58,567 nt of DNA. It comes from an uncultured Candidatus Saccharibacteria bacterium. GTDB taxonomy: Bacteria; Patescibacteriota; Minisyncoccia; Phycocordibacterales; UBA6065. Both the position numbers and the translations under genes were made by a program. Each line of letters starts with the position of its first letter. Position 1 is the first letter of the stretch. Below are positions 54,391 to 58,567 of this stretch, piece after piece. Location: assembly GCA_964559755.1 (NCBI GenBank), contig CAZLHP010000005.1:10901-69467 (forward strand). Direction: 5' to 3'. The notes under the pieces were generated by a model. That model saw only the letters and a program-made list of their open reading frames with translations. It made no database searches and had not been told where the DNA came from.

Positions 54391-54783
54391 ATGGTGAAGA
54401 ACTTTGTAGGGCATGTAGCGGGGAATGTAGTGCGTAACAAAAGGGGTTACGTAATACAAGTGAGTGAGGTACGTTTGCTGATCCAGGATTACTGGATTGA
54501 GCGTTTGGCGTCCCTCGATTACCACTTCAAAATGATGTTCTCTTTTAAAAGAGCATACATCAAGCGCGAGGAGTATCTCCCACAGCGCGTCGTCTTTTTT
54601 CCATACCATGTATTCCCATGATAGGTAGACGTGTTTTTTATTTCTTTGATCGTAGTGAGGATTGAGACGAAGATAATGATCTTCGAATAGGTGCAGTATC
54701 CTTTTTTTACGGTTTGGGTGAGCCTTGAGGGCGATCCCACGACAATAGAAGGTGACTTCTTCGAATATGTCTGTGTGGTGCAT
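54388..54783 (-). CDS. Hypothetical 131-aa His/Tyr-rich protein
   Basis: The ORF is convergent with rpoD. No TM segment or motif was recognised. The protein begins MHH and ends LHH. Confidence 0.45.
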   Translation of the reverse strand: MHHTDIFEEVTFYCRGIALKAHPNRKKRILHLFEDHYLRLNPHYDQRNKKHVYLSWEYMVWKKDDALWEILLALDVCSFKREHHFEVVIEGRQTLNPVILDQQTYLTHLYYVTPFVTHYIPRYMPYKVLHH

Positions 54784-54859
54784 GCAGTGTGAAATGTTCC
54801 TCTAGTACACTAGCATATATGTTCATGAAGGCTAGTGCTCCTGATGCTATACTGTCTTT

Positions 54860-57781
54860 ATGACGTCACTATTCGACACCCAGTACAAAAGGCTCAATAA
54901 GGGCCAAAAAGAGGCGGTAGACGCTATTGAGGGACCTGTAATGGTCATTGCAGGCCCTGGAACGGGTAAAACAACGATTTTGACGCTCCGCATTGCCCGT
55001 ATACTTCAAAAGACCGATACACCTCCGTCGGGTCTTTTAGCGCTTACTTTTACCGATTCGGGTGTAAAAGCCATGAAGACAAAGCTTCGAGGTCTCATAG
55101 GAAGTCGCGCCGATGAGGTAGGTATTTTTACCTATCATAGTTTTGCGTCCTCTATCATCACACAGTACAGAGAACACTTTCCTCATTGTGCTCAGGCTGA
55201 ACAGCTCTCAGATATCGAAGCCGAACTCTACATCAGAGATATACTTCGCACCAAAGAGTATGCACCGCTACGACCGCTCGGAGAGCCTGATTTGTATATT
55301 GGTGTGATTTTAAAAACGATTAGTGAGGCAAAGAGGGAGGCGTGGACGCCACTCATGATTAAAGATTTTGCCACTGAAGAAATAAAACGCATCAAAGAAG
55401 ATCCTGCATCTCTGTCTACTCGTGGTACCACAAAAGGTCAGCTCAAGGCCGAGGTTTTGAAGAGGATTGAACGCTGTGAAAAAACAATACTCTTTTCTTC
55501 TGTGTACGAGACCTATGAACAAAAGAAAAAAGAAGAAAAAAAGTTGGATTTCGATGATCTCATCTTTGAACTCATGCTCGGTATGAAGCACGACAGTCTA
55601 CTCAAAAGTTTGGTGCAAGAAAAGTATCTCTACGTGCTCGTTGATGAACATCAGGATACCAACAACTCACAAAACGAGATTATTCAGTCTATTGTCGATT
55701 TTTTTGATACACCTAATCTTTTTGTCGTGGGAGATGAGAAACAGGCTATCTATCGTTTTCAGGGTGCCTCTGTTGCGAAATTTGTTCGTTTTGAACATAT
55801 GTGGGGAGGTATGAAAGTTATATCACTCACCGACAATTATCGTTCTCACCAGAGTATCTTGGACGCAAGTTTTTCAATGATTGAACATAATTACACTGAT
55901 ACTGAGCATGCCCCTGCGCGCATTCGTTTGGTTTCGGGGACATCGAGTGCTTCGCGACCTCTCGAAGTGATATCGGCAGGAAATATGTGGGCATTGGAAG
56001 AGCGTCTCATGCGCGAATTACAGTCGATAGTGGAGCATCATCCGCACAAAACAGTAGCTATTATTGTTCGCACAAACAAGAACGTAGAGCGTGTACTTGC
56101 ACTCTGCGAAGAGAAAGGCATTCCTGTATCCGCCGAACGAGGGATCAATATATTCAAACACCCAGTAGGGATACTTTTTTTTGATCTCGCTCTCTACTTT
56201 TCTGATATTTCACAGGTGGAATCGCTTTCTCGCACAATTGCTCTGGGCTTGTGGGATATTTCATTCGACACGCGCACTGCGCTCATTCAGAAAATTCGAA
56301 GCGGAGCCGTTTCAGAATGCGTAAAAGAAATTCCGGTACTTGATGTGTTATGGAAAGAGTTGTTACAGAGCACTCCTCTCGGCTTTATTGTTCGTCTAGG
56401 TGCATTGTCTGGACTTGTTTCAAAAACAACTAACGATCCTGTTTCCTCTGAAGTTTGGCGCTCAATTGTCTCTCTCACAAGCGATATCGCTTCTCGCAAA
56501 AACATACAGGACGTCGGCACTCTTCTTGTTGAATTGTGTGCATACAAAAAATCAGCAGATACTCGCACTATCAAAGTTGCAACAGGAAAAGTCTCTGCGC
56601 AGATAGAAGTGATGACCGCTCACTCTGCAAAGGGTCTCGAGTATGATTATGTATTCATTCCGTATGCTACTGAGGAATCATGGATGTCTCGTGCACACGG
56701 TCCATCTTTTGTACTACCTCAAGAAAAAAATGAAGGAGACGAAGTGAGAGATGCACGCAGACTGTTTTATGTTGCTATTACTCGCGCACGTGAGCATGTG
56801 TGCATCCTTATTCCGCAAGCTCGAGAAACAGGACAGGAGCTCACACCGCTTCGTTTTGTAAGCGAGCTTCACAGTGACCATGTTTCAACAGTTGAAATCC
56901 CTTCTGTGCAGAATGTCCCAACGGCACGAAACCTCGAGACTCTTTCTTCTGATAGAAAGACCGCTTTGCAGGAATATGCAAAGCGAATACTCCTCGAAAA
57001 AGGTTTGTCGGTAACGGCTCTCAATCATTTTATGAAATGTCCCCAGACATTTTTTTACAAGAGTATACTCAAAGTACCCGAAGCTCCTCACCCAAGTTCT
57101 GAAAAGGGTAACGCTATGCACAAGGCTTTTTCTGCGGTATGGAATAGTACCGACAGATCTGTTCAATCAATAACCGATACTATTGTGCTCTCTGTGCAAG
57201 AGTACTTTGCACATTCTCTCTTGCCTGTGTTTGAAAAGGAAATGGCGCTACTTGAACTTACAAAAAATGCTCCGATTGTGGCAAAGGCTCTCCATGAACA
57301 TTTTGCTTCGGTAGAGAAAGCGCTTTCCGAAAATTGGTATGAACGAATTCTTGAGGTGACCTACGACGGGGCAGTGATACCGCTGAAGCTTCACGGAAGG
57401 ATGGATGCAGTTGTCGAAATGGGAAATAGTGTTTTTGTCTATGATTATAAAACACGAGAGGCAATGAGTACTACTGCGATTCGAGGTGAAACAAAGAATT
57501 CAGACGGTGCTTATTTTAGGCAACTTGTTTTCTACAAGATTCTCCTTGCTTCACACCCATCATATATTTCTAAATCTATCGAGCCGGCTCTCGTTTTTGT
57601 TAAACCTGACGACAAGGGACGTTGTCCTATTATTTCTTTGCCTATTGAAAAAGCTGATGTATCAGTAGCTCTCTCTGAGATTGAGTCACTCGTGCAGGCT
57701 GTCTGGTCGGGAACACTTTTTGACTCTCATTGTGACGATGCGGAATGTGAATGGTGTTCGTTTAAAAAACATCTCGCATAA
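54860..57781 (+). CDS. UvrD/PcrA-type SF1 helicase fused to a C-terminal Cys4 PD-(D/E)xK (AddB/Cas4-like) nuclease
   Basis: Walker A is AGPGTGKTT and motif II is VLVDEHQDTN, followed by VGDEKQAIYRFQGA and a motif VI-type YVAITRARE. The C-terminal roughly 250 aa carry FMKCPQTFFYKS...GRMDAVVE...VYDYKT...YFRQLVFY...HCDDAECEWC. Confidence 0.8.
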   Translation: MTSLFDTQYKRLNKGQKEAVDAIEGPVMVIAGPGTGKTTILTLRIARILQKTDTPPSGLLALTFTDSGVKAMKTKLRGLIGSRADEVGIFTYHSFASSIITQYREHFPHCAQAEQLSDIEAELYIRDILRTKEYAPLRPLGEPDLYIGVILKTISEAKREAWTPLMIKDFATEEIKRIKEDPASLSTRGTTKGQLKAEVLKRIERCEKTILFSSVYETYEQKKKEEKKLDFDDLIFELMLGMKHDSLLKSLVQEKYLYVLVDEHQDTNNSQNEIIQSIVDFFDTPNLFVVGDEKQAIYRFQGASVAKFVRFEHMWGGMKVISLTDNYRSHQSILDASFSMIEHNYTDTEHAPARIRLVSGTSSASRPLEVISAGNMWALEERLMRELQSIVEHHPHKTVAIIVRTNKNVERVLALCEEKGIPVSAERGINIFKHPVGILFFDLALYFSDISQVESLSRTIALGLWDISFDTRTALIQKIRSGAVSECVKEIPVLDVLWKELLQSTPLGFIVRLGALSGLVSKTTNDPVSSEVWRSIVSLTSDIASRKNIQDVGTLLVELCAYKKSADTRTIKVATGKVSAQIEVMTAHSAKGLEYDYVFIPYATEESWMSRAHGPSFVLPQEKNEGDEVRDARRLFYVAITRAREHVCILIPQARETGQELTPLRFVSELHSDHVSTVEIPSVQNVPTARNLETLSSDRKTALQEYAKRILLEKGLSVTALNHFMKCPQTFFYKSILKVPEAPHPSSEKGNAMHKAFSAVWNSTDRSVQSITDTIVLSVQEYFAHSLLPVFEKEMALLELTKNAPIVAKALHEHFASVEKALSENWYERILEVTYDGAVIPLKLHGRMDAVVEMGNSVFVYDYKTREAMSTTAIRGETKNSDGAYFRQLVFYKILLASHPSYISKSIEPALVFVKPDDKGRCPIISLPIEKADVSVALSEIESLVQAVWSGTLFDSHCDDAECEWCSFKKHLA

Positions 57782-57782
57782 A

Positions 57783-57815
57783 AAACAGAGCGCCTTATGG
57801 CGCTCTGTTTTTTAT
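57783..57815. terminator. Bidirectional terminator
   Basis: The hairpin is AACAGAGCGCC-TTAT-GGCGCTCTGTT followed by TTTTAT. Confidence 0.75.
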
Positions 57816-57821
57816 GGATGA

Positions 57822-58526
57822 TTATTTGTTGAGAAGGAGTGCGTCAATGATTTGTTTCATATCGGCATAGGGGAGAGCACCCTGTGTGATTGGTATGTTT
57901 TGATCTTTTGTAACGATAACACTAAAAGGAGTTCCTCTTCCTCCTCCTTTGATTGCGTCTTGTACCTGAGCTTCAACTTTTGATGCGTACTTACCGCTGG
58001 TAAAGCAGGTTTCGAAAGCTGTTTTGTCTATACCGAGAGATGCTGCGATTTTAGAAAGCTCTGCAACGCTGTTGGTATCGTTTGCCGTTGTGCTATTTGA
58101 AAGGGTATCAAGGTATGCCCAAAATTTTGTGCTTCCACCGAGTTCCGCAACACATTCAGTTGCTTCTGCTTTTTTGCGTGCATTTGGATGGAGACTATCG
58201 AGAGGGAAATGACGATATACCCACGCTACTTTTCCGGTGCTTCCGTACTCATCAATGATTTGATGAAGTGTGGTGTGAAAGCGTTTACAGAAAGGGCAAT
58301 CAATGTCAGAAAATTCAACGATTTTTATCGTAGCATCAGGGTTACCAAGGATATGGTCATCTCCTGTAATTTTTTTAATATCTCCTCCTGTTGTTGTAGT
58401 TGGAGTAGAGTCTGTGTTTGCTGGCGCCTGTCCTCGTCCGCTCCAGTACACGGCTCCTGCAATGAGTATGCCCGCGATAACAATCGCAGCCGGCACTCCA
58501 AAAGCTGGTTTTTGTGATGGTTCCAT
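57822..58526 (-). CDS. DsbA/BdbD-family thiol:disulfide oxidoreductase, membrane anchored
   Basis: It has an N-terminal TM helix and a Thr-rich linker. The Trx fold carries the active site FSDIDCPFCKRFH, and a GTPFSVI cis-Pro loop region is present. Confidence 0.8.
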   Translation of the reverse strand: MEPSQKPAFGVPAAIVIAGILIAGAVYWSGRGQAPANTDSTPTTTTGGDIKKITGDDHILGNPDATIKIVEFSDIDCPFCKRFHTTLHQIIDEYGSTGKVAWVYRHFPLDSLHPNARKKAEATECVAELGGSTKFWAYLDTLSNSTTANDTNSVAELSKIAASLGIDKTAFETCFTSGKYASKVEAQVQDAIKGGGRGTPFSVIVTKDQNIPITQGALPYADMKQIIDALLLNK

Positions 58527-58567
58527 AAATGTTATTATTTAATACAGCGTGTATTATACACTATGCA

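Overview
The window is 58.6 kb of compact, mostly housekeeping bacterial chromosome. Hand counts of a few 60-nt lines give about 45-48% GC. The standard genetic code fits, with intact long ORFs and TAA, TAG and TGA all used as stops. Intergenic regions carry many clean rho-independent terminators and near-consensus sigma70 promoters. The gene content includes small proteins, many membrane or secreted hypotheticals, LemA/TPM, Gmad2, DUF456, an orphan solute-binding protein and a short SMC. This is consistent with a reduced-genome, Patescibacteria/CPR-like or Gram-positive-like organism, but that is inference and no search was possible.

Confidently recognised genes:
- RNA metabolism and translation: RNase J, RNase III, RNase R, miaA, serS, a Dus-family tRNA-dihydrouridine synthase, trmD, rpmG (missed by the ORF track), rpmF, rpsP and a KH protein.
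- Transcription and replication: rpoB, rpoC, dnaG, rpoD, an ECF sigma factor, topA, dprA, parB, an SMC-like ATPase and a UvrD-type helicase with a C-terminal nuclease.
- Chaperones and envelope: secG, groES/groEL, alr and a CDP-alcohol phosphatidyltransferase.
- RNA genes: tRNA-Ser(GGA), tRNA-Trp(CCA) and tRNA-Leu(CAA).

I saw no rRNA, CRISPR array, transposase, integrase or recognisable defence genes.

Regions most worth a second look:
1. A roughly 950-bp RNA-only region (16450-17400). It holds a tRNA 5' fragment fused to a non-tRNA fold, and two promoter/terminator-bounded minus-strand RNAs. One of these contains a T-arm followed by ACCA.
2. A roughly 340-nt RNA with a perfect TTGACA/TATAAT promoter and a strong terminator (33435-33805). 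It is followed by a polybasic 12-codon mini-ORF cassette and an orphan gene.
3. A dispersed extracytoplasmic thiol-redox toolkit, including a ccdA-unknown-thioredoxin operon.
4. A NusB-NUDIX fusion.
5. A hinge-less short SMC.
6. A GC-rich, self-contained single-gene island (8325-9049).

None of the candidate RNAs could be matched by eye to RNase P, tmRNA, SRP or 6S RNA.
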